A DNA stretch of 64,000 bases, from contig JABVCE010000021.1 in NCBI GenBank assembly GCA_014905635.1, positions 124,001-188,000 of the forward strand, in the 5' to 3' direction. Source of the stretch: Scenedesmus sp. PABB004. Taxonomy: Eukaryota. Positions 1 through 13,412 of this stretch are shown here, piece after piece; the first letter of the stretch is position 1; every line of letters starts with the position of its first letter. A model generated the notes under the pieces. The model saw only the letters and a program-made list of their open reading frames with translations. It did no database searches and was not told the DNA's origin. The position numbers were made by a program, and so were the translations under genes.

Positions 1-2479
<2,479 letters not shown>

Positions 2480-2631
2480 GCCGCCGGGGCGCGCGGGCGG
2501 CGGCCGGCAGCGGGCGCGCATTCGGGGGAGCGCATTCGTGTGTGATCACCAGGTGGGGAGAGAGGGGGCCTGTGTGTCTTGCGCGGGGGCTCGGGGGGTA
2601 GCGGCTGCAGCGGCAGGCAGAGAGTAAGGGC

Positions 2632-2636
2632 TTACA
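2632..2636 (-). promoter_or_regulatory. TGTAA chlorophyte polyadenylation signal
   Basis: TTACA on the + strand, about 20 nt downstream of the minus-strand stop at 2657. Confidence 0.55.
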
Positions 2637-2656
2637 CGCGGGCGCGCACGGCCAGC

Positions 2657-4574
2657 TCAGCTGCGCGCGCCGCGCTGCGAGCCGCCGCCGACGGTGCGCG
2701 GCAGGCCGCCGCGCGCGTCCCAGATGTCTTCCCCAAACGCGTCGTCGTCCGCGCCGGCGCCGTACGCCGCCGGCCCGGTCGCGCCGTCGTCGGCATCGGC
2801 GTCGGCGTCCCAGGGCAGCGGCGCCGCAGCTGCAGCTGCAGGCGCGCCGCCGCCGCCGGCGCCGCGCGCGGCCGGCGGCGCCCCCGGCGGCGCGGCGGCG
2901 GCGGCCGCTGCCTTTTTCCGCGCGCCGCCGGCCTTGCGCCGCGTGAGCGCGGGCGGCAGCTCGCCGCCGAGCAGCTTCTTGAGCCGCGCCTTGGCCTTGG
3001 CCGGCAGCGCGTAGCCGTACGTGGCCGCGAGCTCGGTCGCGAGCGCCGCGCCGGTGTCGGCGTCGACGGTGAACCCCCAGCCCCCGCCGCCGCGCCGCGC
3101 GCCGGGCGCCGCCGTGGCCGCGCCCGCGGCGGTGCTCAGCGCCTCGGCCGCGGCGTCGAGCAGCGCGCGCGGCGCGGCCGCCGCGAGCCCCGCGTCCGCC
3201 ACGATGCCCAGCAGCTCCAGCCAGTCGGCGGGGCCCCAGCCGTCGAGCAGGTTGCGCCCCGCCGGCGCGGAGGTGGGTAGAGCGTCGCTCGGCCCCGCCG
3301 CCGCCGCCGCGGCGGTGGCGGGCAGGTGGTACACCGACGCAGCGAGCAGCTCGCCCAGCAGCGCGGCGCGCGCGCCCGGCGCGTCGCCGAGGCCCAGCGC
3401 GGCGGCGTCGGCGGGGGGCATGTCGAGCACGCCGCCCAGCAGCACCAGCAGCGGGTCGGCCGGCATCGCGCGCCCCAGCCCGCACGCGGCGCGCCGCCAC
3501 AGCGCGCGCAGGCGCGGCGACAGCGCGCCCAGCGCGCCCGCCAGGCCGCCATCGCCGCCGGCGGGCGGGAGGCGCGCCTGCGCCGCGGCGAGCTGCTGCA
3601 GGCAGCCCATGACCGCCGCCGGCAGCTGCCACAGGCCGTCGGCGTCGGCGGCCGCGAGCAGCGCGGCGCGCTCCTTGGCCACGCGCTGCGCCGCCGCGCG
3701 CGCCGCGACGCCCACTGCAGGCGCGCCGCCGCCGCCGCCGCCGCTGGCGAGCGCGACGCGGCGCTCCACCTCGGCCTCCACCGCCGCGCCCAGGTCCGCC
3801 ACAAACGCGGCGGCCTCCCGCGGCGCGCCCGCGCCGGCGCCGCCGCCGCCGCCGCCAGCGGCGGCGCCGCTGGCGGCCAGGCCCAGGCCCGCGCCCAGCA
3901 GGCGCGGCAGGTCGGCGCTGCGCGCGCGCGCGACGGCCGCAAGCAGCGCGGCCTGCAGCTGGCGCGTGAAGATGGCGTCCGGCGTGGCGTGCCCCACTGC
4001 CACGAGCGCGGGCCACACGCCCGCGAGCTCGCCCGGCGCGAGCGCCGCGAGGCCGACGCCGAGGTTGCCGATTAGGCCCTCCACAAACTGCGGCGGGGCG
4101 CGGGCGCCCGGGCCGAGCGCCGCCAGCGCGAACAGCAGCGCCGCGAGGTCGGCGCCGAGCCGCGCCGCGCCCGTGGCGCCGGCGGCGTCGCCCCGCGCCG
4201 CGCCGGGCGCGGCCGCGGCCGAGGTGACGGCCGCCGCGGCGGCGCCGGCGTCGTCGATCCGGGCGTTGACCAGCGGCCACAGGCGCGCGAGCCAGGGCGG
4301 GCTCGCGGACACCTCAGGCGACAGCGCCGCGAGCGCCTGCAGCATCACCACCAGCTGCCCGAGCGGCAGGCCGCGCAGCGCACGGTTGGCGTGGCTCGCG
4401 AGCAGCAGCTCGTCCACGAGCGCCTGCGGCACGGCCGGCCCCGGGCCGCCGCGCGCGCCGCCGCCCTCGTCGTCGTTGCCGTCGCCGTCCCCGAGCGCCG
4501 CCGCCCCGTCGCCGCGCCAGACGCCGAGGCCGAGCGCGTCGCCGCCGTCGTCGCCGCCGTCGTCGGCAAAGCCC

Positions 4575-4629
<55 letters not shown>

Positions 4630-6152
4630 ACGCGGCGCGCGCGAGGCGCTGCTGGCGCCAGCGCGCGAGCGTGAACAGGGCCATAGGGAACTCCTCCCCG
4701 CTCAGCACGGCCGCGTGGGACGCCAGGCCGGACAGGTAGGCCTTCTGCCAGGTGTTGGACGGCGCGCCGCCGTGGCGCGCGAGCGCGTAGCCCACGTGCA
4801 CGAGCGCCGCGGGCGCGAGGGCCGGCAGGTGCGGCTTGGTCGCCTGGCGGCGGCGCGGCAGCGCGGCGCGCATGGGGCCCGCGGCGGCGGCCGGCCGGCG
4901 CTGCGGCGCTGCGGCGCGGGCGCGCTCGCTCGCGGTGCGCGCGCGCTCGCTCACCGCCGCATAGTCTGCGAGCCAGTCGGCGCTGAGGTCGCCCGGCGCC
5001 ACGAGGCGGGAGGCCACAAAGCCCGCGTCCGCGAGGGACTTCGGCTCCAGGTATCGCAGCACCTTGGCGCTGCGCCGCTGCAGCAGGCCGCCAAAGCTCG
5101 TGCGCTGCGGCGGCGCCGCCGGCGCGCCCGCGGCCGGCGGCGGCGGCTCGCGCTCGAGGCTCGCCGGCGGGCGGAAGCCCAGCAGCGCCAGCCCCGCGGC
5201 GCCATGGAAGAGCGCCTCCGCGTCGAGCCGCGGGCTTCGCGTGATCAGCGTCGCGCCGAGCGCGGCGACCGCGCGCCGCCGCGCCGCGGCGGCGGCGGGC
5301 GTGCCGAGCGCGCGCGCGGGGTCGGGCAGGCCCGCGAGTGCCCACACGGCGCCGACGAGCGCGCGGTTGTTCACGCTGCGCGCGCGGGGGCGGGGCGGGG
5401 GGGGGGGGGGGAGGGCGCGGGTACGGAGGGTGCGTGGGAGGCCGGCGCCGGGGCGCCAGCAGGGGCGGCCGCCGCACGGCCGCGCACGGCGGCCGCCGCA
5501 CGGCCGCGCGCGGCGGCGGCCGACGCGGCGCGGCCTCACCGCCCGATGTTTGCCAGCAGCACCTCGGTCATGGCCGCCGCGCCGCCGGCCACCGCCGCGG
5601 CGTCGGGCGGCGCCAGCCGCGCCGCGCCGCCCGGCGGCAGCCGGTTGTGCAGCGCGACGAGCATGTCGCACACGAGCCCCACGTTCCTGCGCCGAGCGGG
5701 CGCGCGCGCGGGGGTCGGCCGGCGCGGCCGCCGACGCCGAGGTGTGCCGCAGCCGCCGCCGCTGCGCTGTGCGCACCGCTCGGCGCCGTCGTCCCCGAGC
5801 TCGCGGAAGAGCGCCAGCACGGTCTGCCAGTCCGGCGCGCCCGCGAGGTGGCCCGCCTTGTCGTCCATGCGGTCCGCAAACTCGCCGGGCTTGAGCTTGG
5901 TCTGGATGTCCTGCTGGTACTGCGAGGGCGCGCCCGGGCGGCGCGGGTGATGCCGCCGCCGCCGCCGCCGTCGCTGCTGCGCGGGCCGCCGCCGCCGCCG
6001 CCGCCGGCGCCGCGCACCGCAAAGTTGACGTCACGCGTGGCTTCCGCAATGTGGCGCGGCCGGGGGCGCACCGGCCGGGCCGCGGGCACGCGCGGGGCGG
6101 CGTGGGCGGGCCTCGCCGCCTGGCATTGCTGCTGCCGCCCGCGCAGCGCCAT
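2657..6152 (-). CDS. Organelle-targeted helical-repeat (OPR/TBC2-like) protein, multi-exon
   Basis: ATG at 6152 opens an Arg/Ala-rich transit-like leader (MALRGRQQQCQAARPAHAAPRV). Degenerate helical repeats: LAPAALVHVGYALARHGGAPSNTWQKAYL, LPLGQLVVMLQALAALSPEVSASPPWLARL, LAPGELAGVWPALVAVGHATPDAIFTRQL. Exon limits only partly resolved. Confidence 0.6.
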
Positions 6153-6629
6153 GGCGGGGCCCGCGCGGCGCCAGCTGCCGCGGGGAGCCTCGCGCTGGGC
6201 GGGGCTCGGTGCGAGACGGGCCGCCGCGGCGCCTGGGGCAGCGCTGAGCTCGCGCAGGCCGCTGAGAGCTCCCGCCAGTGCTGGCTGGCTGCGCGGCTGC
6301 ACGGGCGGCAGCGCCCGGCGTGTGGGCGCAGCTGCTGCTCTGCCCGGGCTGCGGGCGGGCGGGGCGTGCCGGCTGCGCTGCGCTGCGCTGCGGTTCCGCC
6401 GCCAGGCCGCCAGGCCGCTGCCGCCGCGTCTCCAGGCCGGGGGCGTCGCGCGGCCCAGTGTCCCAGTTGCCGCGCCTGTCGGGTGGGCGCCTCCAGCAAG
6501 CCTATCACACACATCAGCAACACACAGAGCCCTCGCTCGCCGGCTGCGGCGGCAGGTCAAGCGCGCGCGACACGCGCATCGCGATGCGCGCGCGCCGCAG
6601 CGCCGCGAGGGCGCGCAAGACGGGCCGCA
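6006..6629 (-). repeat. Segment A: inverted near-identical copy of 12792-13412 (upstream region plus first ~48 codons)
   Basis: Reverse complement matches almost base for base, e.g. ctatcacacacatcagcaacacacagagc versus gctctgtgtgttgctgatgtgtgtgatag. Confidence 0.95.
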
Positions 6630-6814
6630 AGCGAGAAGCAATGGAAATAGTGGCAGCTCATACCGTTGGTTCCGTGCTCTAGTGCGCCGCCAGGAAAAGC
6701 GCGGCATGCAGGACGAATGCTCTCCCCCTCGCGTCGCTCCCGCGGCCCGCCCGCGCGCCGCATATGCCGTGACGCGCGGCAGCCGCGGGCCTCACAGCAA
6801 GCGAGCAGCGCTCC

Positions 6815-6862
6815 GCTGATCCATACGCCCGCATCCCGGCTGATCCATACGCCCGCATCCCG
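6815..6862. repeat. 24-bp tandem duplication
   Basis: gctgatccatacgcccgcatcccg occurs twice in tandem. Confidence 0.9.
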
Positions 6863-7855
6863 GCGCCCTGAAGTGCGTTTATCCGCGGCCGGGGGGGCGC
6901 GCGCGCCATGGGAGCGGCGCGCGCCGCCCGGCCTCGTCCCCAAACGCTGGCCGCCGCGAGCGGCAGGCAGGCAGCCGCGCGCGGCGCTTTTGTGGCATGT
7001 GGCATAGTAGGAGGAGGGTAGCAGAGGGATGACCAAGCGCCAACTTATTCGGCGCGGCTGGCTCGCCGGCGCGGCGCCGGCGCCGGTGGCGGCCGCCGGC
7101 GGCGCCAGCGAATGCGAGCCCGGCCAGCCAGCCAGCGACAAGCCCGCCGCCCGCAGCAGAGCCTCCCGACTCTCTCGTCGCCGCCGCCGTGGCCGGCAGC
7201 GCGCCCGGCCCCGGCCCTGGCCCCGCGGCTGCCGGCGGAGCGACGCCGGGCAGCGGCGGCGCCCAGGCGCCCCAGCCCAGCTCGCCAGAGCCGACCCACC
7301 TCGCCCCACGCCAGGCAGCAGAGACCCCTGGCCGCCCGTCGTCGACGCGCACAAGACATGTCGGGCGACCACCACGCCCACAACTCGCTCGCAGTCCCAG
7401 GCAGCAGAGAGCAGAAAGCCCTGCCAAAAAGATGTGCTGGCCGGCGCGCGCGCCCGCGTCCTGCGGGGCCGGCCGGGCCGGCAGCAGCACCGCGCGCGCC
7501 CCTCCCCACAACCCGAACCGCTTGACCGCCCTCCTCCCCTCCCTGCCGGCGCCGCCCGGGTGGCTATGCCCCCGCCGGCGCCGCAGCACAGCACCCCCCT
7601 TGTGCCGCGCCCACCGCGCGCAGGCGCGCAAAAACGTGGCGCGTCTTCGTGAGTTGAGATGATGATGGCGACGCCGCGAGGCAAGTGCACACACGCACAC
7701 GCACACACAGTCGCAAGAGATCGCGCCGCCGGCGCCGCGCACGTGGGCGCGGCGCCGCGCGGCCTGGCCACGCATGGGTGCGCGCCGGGCGCGCCGCCGC
7801 GGCGGCCTGGCACGAAAAAAGCACCCGACGGTCCGTCGTCGTCACTGGCCACTGC

Positions 7856-9659
7856 TCACAGCTGCAGCATCTGCAGCAGCTCCAGCTGCTGCTGGAGCAG
7901 CCCGGCGCTCACGCCGCCGTCCAGGCCCTGCTCGGCCTGCCCCGCGCCCGCGCCGTGCTCGCCGCCGGCCTCCAGCAGCGCCTGCCACGCCGACAGTGCC
8001 GCGAGCTGCTGCTGCTGCTGGCCCTGGTGGGCGCCGCCCATGCCGGCCGCCGCGGCCGCGGCGGCGGTCGCCGCCGCCGCGTTGGCCTGCGCCAGGGAGG
8101 CCAGCTGCGCCTGAATCAGCCCAAACGCGTGCTCGCCGCCCCCGCCGGGCGGGGTGCTGTGGCGGCGCCCCCGCCCCGCCGGCGGCAGCTGCGCGGACAT
8201 GGGCGGCGCGCCGTGGCCGCCCAGGGCGCCGCACGACTGGCCGAACAGCAGCCCCGCCTGCGCCTGCGCCTGCGCCACCGCGGCGGCCATGGGGTCGACC
8301 AGCAGCCCCGCCGCGCCCTGCAGCCCCGCGGCCTCCAGCAGCAGCGCCTGCTGCAGCGTCAGCAGGCTGCCCTGCCCCGCCGCGTCCCACGCGCCAGCCG
8401 GCGGCGCCGCCGCGGGGCTGGGCAGGCGCTGCCCCGCCTCGAGGCTGCTCCGCGTCGAGAAGCTGCTCGCCGTGCTGACGGTCGCGTAGTCGCGCGCGCC
8501 GCCGCGCGCCGCCGCCTCGGCGGCCGCCGCGGCCTGCCACGCCCACGCGTCGCTGCAGTCGCTGTTGTCCAGGCTCGCGCGCAGCGCGGCCGCGCCGGCC
8601 GCCTCCATGCTCAGCCGCGCGCCGCCGCTGGCGAGCTCTAGGCTCGCCGCGCGCGCGCCCGCGCCGCCCGCGAGCGGCCGCACGCCGAGGTCGAGCGCGG
8701 CGCGGCCGCCGGCCGGCCAGCCCGCCGCGCGCGCCGACGCAAGCGCCGTGCGCGCGTCGAGCGAGCCGCGCTGCGACGACGCGGCGCCGGCGCCGGCGTA
8801 GCACGAGAAGGTGCTCTCCACCGACGCGCGGCTGCTGTAGAGCCCGGCCGCGTCGGCCGACGAGAGGCAGCTCGCGTCGGTCGAGGGCCGCGCCGAGCTC
8901 GCGTCGCACGAGGGCCGCGCGTAGCAGCTGCTGCTGTCGATGCTGCTGCGCGACGCGGAGCGCGCGAGCTCCAGCTCTAGCGACGCGGCGCGCGAGCCCG
9001 CCGCGGCGGCCGCCGCCGCGCACAGGTCGAGCGACGCGCGGCTGCTGCAGGGCGCCAGCCCCGCGGGCGCCGGCGCGGGGCCGGGGGCCTCCGAGAAGCA
9101 GTCGGCGGCGGCGACGAGGTTGCACAGCAGCTGCTGCTGGCGCACGGTCTTGGGCGTGGCGGCAAACGGGTTCTTGCCGCCCCCCGCGCAGCTGCTGCCG
9201 GCGGCGGCGGCGGCGGCGGCGGCGCAGCCGGCGGCCGCGCCGCCGGCGGCGCCCTTGCCGCCCTTGGCGCCGCCGCCGTGCTTGGCGTCCGACTGGCGGT
9301 CGCTGCCGCGGCGCTTGCGGTGCGGCTTGCCCCAGATTGCGGGGTTGTTCTGCGCGCTGCCGTCGAGGATGCAGGCGGGGATGAACACGCCTGCGCGCGG
9401 GAGGGGCCGCCGGCGGAGGCGGCGGGCGGAGGCGGCGGGCGTCGGCGCGCCGCGCCGCGCCGCGCCGCGCCGGCCGCCGTCCTGCAGGCCACACCCCCCG
9501 CCGGCCGCCGTGCCGCGTGCGCGCGCGCTAGCGCGCCGGCGCGCGCGCCGCACCCGTCCCGCCGCCGAGGCCGGGCGCGGCCGCGGCCGCGGCCTCGCCA
9601 GAGTTGGAGCCGGGCGCCGGCGGCGGCTCGGCCGGCTGCGCGCTGGCTGGCATGGTCAT
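7856..9659 (-). CDS. Disordered protein with a GTGVFIP motif and repeated R-x-S-[LIVM]-[DE] motifs
   Basis: Exon 9659-9554 (MTMPASAQPAEPP...GLGGGT) splices GTGCG...GCAG to exon 9391-7856 (GVFIPACILDG...LLQMLQL*), rebuilding GTGVFIP across the junction. Confidence 0.7.
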
Positions 9660-10232
9660 GAACGCCGGGGGCTCAGGGGCCCGCTCCCGGGCGCGTGCGG
9701 TGCCCGCGCCGGCGGCGCGGCGCGCCTCGCGGGACTGCAGGCAACTGCTCGCAGCGGGGGCGCCCTGCTGCCCGGGCGCGCGTGGGTCAGCTCCGGTGGG
9801 TCGCCACGGAGATGGAGGGCGCGCGCATTGACGTGCCGCGCAGGCGCCTGAAAACGAAAGATGGGGCGCGGTCGCGCCGCGCGGCGGGGGGGCGCGCAGC
9901 AAGGTCGGGCGGCGACGGCGGGGCGGGCGGGCGGCGGGGAGTGAGTCCAGGGCGGCGCCGGGGCGCAGCGAGCGCGCCGCCGAGCGGGCGCCTGTCCGCA
10001 GCGCCAGCGCCCCACGCAGGCGTCCCCCGCGCCCGCGCGCCCCGAGGATGCCCGCGCTGGCCCCTCGGCGCCTCAGGGCGCGGGCTGGCGGCTGCTGCTG
10101 CGCGGCGCCGCGCCCGTAAGGCCGGCCCGCCCGCCCGCAGCGCGCCCCGCGCGCGCCGCCGGGGCTCACAATTAGCGCGTTGCGGCCGACATCGCAGCGC
10201 CGACGCCGCTCAGGGGCTGGCCCGCGCGAGTC

Positions 10233-10543
10233 GGGAGCGGGTCGCGGCCTGCAGGGCGCGCCGCGCGCGGCTCCTGGGGCGTGGGTGGTGGTGCGGCGGG
10301 GTGCCCGGCGCGGGGGTGTGGCGAGCGGCGGCGCGGCGCGCGCCCTGCGCGCGCGATACGCGGCCGGGCGCTGTCATAACACCTGTATCAGGCGAAGCAC
10401 GCCCAAGCTGGCGCGTCCTGGAGCTGCGCCTGCGCGTGCCGCACCGCCAGCGCGCTCGGGCCCGGTCGCGCCGAGGCGCCGCGCCGCGGGCGTGCAGGCC
10501 GGGCGGGCCGAGCTCGCTGCGGCGGCCCCGCCAAGGGTGCGGC
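10233..10543 (+). repeat. Segment B copy 1: ~305-bp direct repeat of 12489-12797
   Basis: Near-identical, including ctgtcataacacctgtatcaggcgaagcacgcccaag. Confidence 0.95.
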
Positions 10544-10848
10544 GGCGTGCTGCAGGCCGCGGTCCGGGCTGCCGCCATGGCGCAGCCAGGCGACGGCGGA
10601 CGCGTGGCGCCGCCGGCGGCGGCGAGGCACGGCAGCGCCGCCGCGCACGCCGTGCGCGGTGCCCGGGAGCGCGGCGCGGAGATGCGGGCGGCGCGCGCGG
10701 CTGCCCGCTGCCCCGCGCTCCAACTATGCTGCGCTGGCGCGACGCGGCGCGCGCACGCGCCGCGACGGCGCCCGCCGCCGCTGCTGCTGCGCGGCGGCGC
10801 GCGGCCGCGCCGCCGCCCGCAGCTCGCGCACGCCGCGCCAGGGAGCCA

Positions 10849-12470
10849 CATCGGCGCAAGCTCGCACAGCGCCTCGCCCAGGCGGAACGCGAGAAATGCG
10901 CACCTCGCGCACCGCCTGGGCGAGGCGCTGTGCGGCGGCTGGCCCGATGCGGCAGGTGCGGCCCCGCCTTGCCCGGTGTGTGCAGCGGCAGGTGCGGGGG
11001 CGAGGGCCCGGCGCCGCCGCGCCCGCCCGGTGCGGCGCGCCCGCCCCGGCGCGCGCGCGCCGTGCGCGCGGGGCCGCCGCAGCGCGGGGGTCGCTCAGCA
11101 GCCAACCCTGGTCCCTCGCTGCTGCCGCCTCTCTCCCTCCTCCTCCTCCACCAGGTGCAGCGGGTGGCCCGCAACCGGCCGCCCACTTCAGGCGGCTGCG
11201 TCCCAAGGCTTCTTGTGGAGAAGCCGTAGGACGCCAGCCGCCTGAAGTGGGCGCCCGCGGACGCCCTGCGCAACTCCGGCGCCCTGCCCTGCACGCGGAC
11301 GGTACCACCTGCCTGCCGCGCCAGTTGCACGTGCACCTGTGTGCACGCAGACGGTACCGTCTGCATGGCAGGGCAAGGCGCCGCTGGCGCTCCGTGCGCA
11401 GGGCGTCCTCGCGCGCCCCGTCACGTGATGGGCAGCAGCTTCTCGGTGAGAGCTCACCGACAAGCTCGGCGAGACGCTGCCCAGCGCCACCTGCGTGCGG
11501 CGCTTGTGGTGCGTGCCTGCCCACGCATCATGCGCGCCGACGCGCCCGCGCCTGCGCCGCCGACCTCGCGCCCGCGCGCGCGCGCGCGCGCCGCCCGCCC
11601 GCCAGCGCCGTGGCGCCGCCGGGGCTGCCGCCCCAGGCGCACCGCTCCAGCGCGTTAGTCCCCCGGGCTGAAGACGGCAGTCAGCCCGGGCGAGTACACG
11701 CGCTGGGGCGGCGCGCCTGGGGGGGGGGGGGGGGCTGCCGCAGCGCGCCGGACCGCCTGGCCCGCTGCCGCCGCCGCCGCCGCGGCCGGGCGGTGCGCGC
11801 GTGCTCTGCCCCGCCCGCCCTCCCCCGACCCTCGGCACAGGCTGTGGTAGAGGCGTCGTTCGCCACCGCAGCGGCAAACGGCCGCACCGCAGCCCCGGCG
11901 AGTGGCGGGGGCGCCGCCGCGGCCGCGTGATCGCGCGCGCATGTGTGCTGCGAGCGCGGAGCGGCCCCCGGGCGCTGGCGGCCGCGGCGCTCAAGGCTGG
12001 CGGGGGGCGCTGAGCGCGGCGTACCTGGTGAAGGACGCGAAGGCGAGTTCACGCTGAGCTACGCCGCGCTCAGCGCCCCCCCCCCCCCCCCCCGCGCCGG
12101 CGGCGCCACGCGCTGCCGCTGCTGCCGGGCTGCCGCCGCGCGGGCTGCGGGCGCTGCCGACCTCGAGTCTCACCCCCCGCATCGCCGCGCGGAATACGAG
12201 AAGGGCAAGCTGCACTCGCGTCGCTTGGCGATGTACTCGAGCTGCAGCTGCAGGCGCCGCTCAAACCCTCCGACTGCGCAACACACGCGGCCGCGCTTGC
12301 TGCAGCGCAGGTGTGTGACACCTGTGTGACACCTGCCCTGCATCACGCGCGGCCGCGAGTGCACCGTCGCCGCCTGCGGCAGGCACGCGCGCGCGCACAT
12401 TGCTGCGTGCTGCGGCTGCTGCCACTGCATCATCATCGCCGTCCTTGACGGCATGGCAGCAGCCGCAGCA
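10849..12470. ncRNA. Putative structured non-coding RNA or pre-miRNA-like hairpin cluster
   Basis: At least 8 sequence-unrelated stem-loops, including perfect stems of 23 bp (10863-10885/10912-10934), 22 bp (12002-12023/12060-12081) and 17 bp (12408-12424/12454-12470). No credible protein. Transcription cannot be shown from sequence. Confidence 0.45.
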
Positions 12471-12488
12471 GCAGGCGGTGTCGGCTTT

Positions 12489-13412
12489 GGGAGGGTCGCG
12501 GCCTGCGGGGCGCGCCGCGCGCGGCTCCTGGGGCGTGGGTGGTGGTGCGGCGGGGTGCCCGGCGCGGGGGTGTGGCGAGCGGCGGCGCGGCGCGCGCCCT
12601 GCGCGCGCGATACGCGGCCGGGCGCTGTCATAACACCTGTATCAGGCGAAGCACGCCCAAGCTGGCGCGTCCTGGAGCTGCGCCTGAGCGTGCCGCACCG
12701 CCAGCGCGCTCGGGCCCGGTCGCGCCGAGGCGCCGCGCCGCGGGCGTGCAGGCCGGGCGGGCCGAGCTCGCTGCGGCGGCCCCGCCAAGAGTGCGGCCCG
12801 TCTCGCGCGCGCCCTCGCGGCGCTGCGGCGCGCGCGCATCGCGATGCGCGTGTCGCGCGCGCTTGACCTGCCGCCGCAGCCGGCGAGCGAGGGCTCTGTG
12901 TGTTGCTGATGTGTGTGATAGGCTTGCTGGAGGCGCCCACCCGACAGGCGCGGCAACTGGGACACTGGGCCGCGCGACGCCCCCGGCCTGGAGACGCGGC
13001 GGCAGCGGCCTGGCGGCCTGGCGGCGGAACCGCAGCGCAGCGCAGCCGGCACGCCCCGCCCGCCCGCAGCCCGGGCAGAGCAGCAGCTGCGCCCACACGC
13101 CGGGCGCTGCCGCCCGTGCAGCCGCGCAGCCAGCCAGCACTGGCGGGAGCTCTCAGCGGCCTGCGCGAGCTCAGCGCTGCCCCAGGCGCCGCGGCGGCCC
13201 GTCTCGCACCGAGCCCCGCCCAGCGCGAGGCTCCCCGCGGCAGCTGGCGCCGCGCGGGCCCCGCCATGGCGCTGCGCGGGCGGCAGCAGCAATGCCAGGC
13301 GGCGAGGCCCGCCCACGCCGCGCCGCGCGTGCCCGTGGCCCGGCCGGTGCGCCCCCGGCCGCGCTACATTGCGGGCGCCACGCGCGACGTCAACTTTGCG
13401 GTGCGCGGCGCC
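12489..13412 (+). repeat. Composite B + inverted A block upstream of and overlapping the mTERF-like start
   Basis: 12489-12797 matches 10233-10543 directly; 12792-13412 matches the reverse complement of 6006-6629; the two overlap at tgcggc. Confidence 0.93.

Noticed and set aside
12170..12454. Small minus-strand gene (MPSRTAMMMQW...FERRLQLQLEYIAKRRECS)
   Set aside because: No recognisable domain, and the sequence is better explained by hairpin symmetry; not fully excluded.
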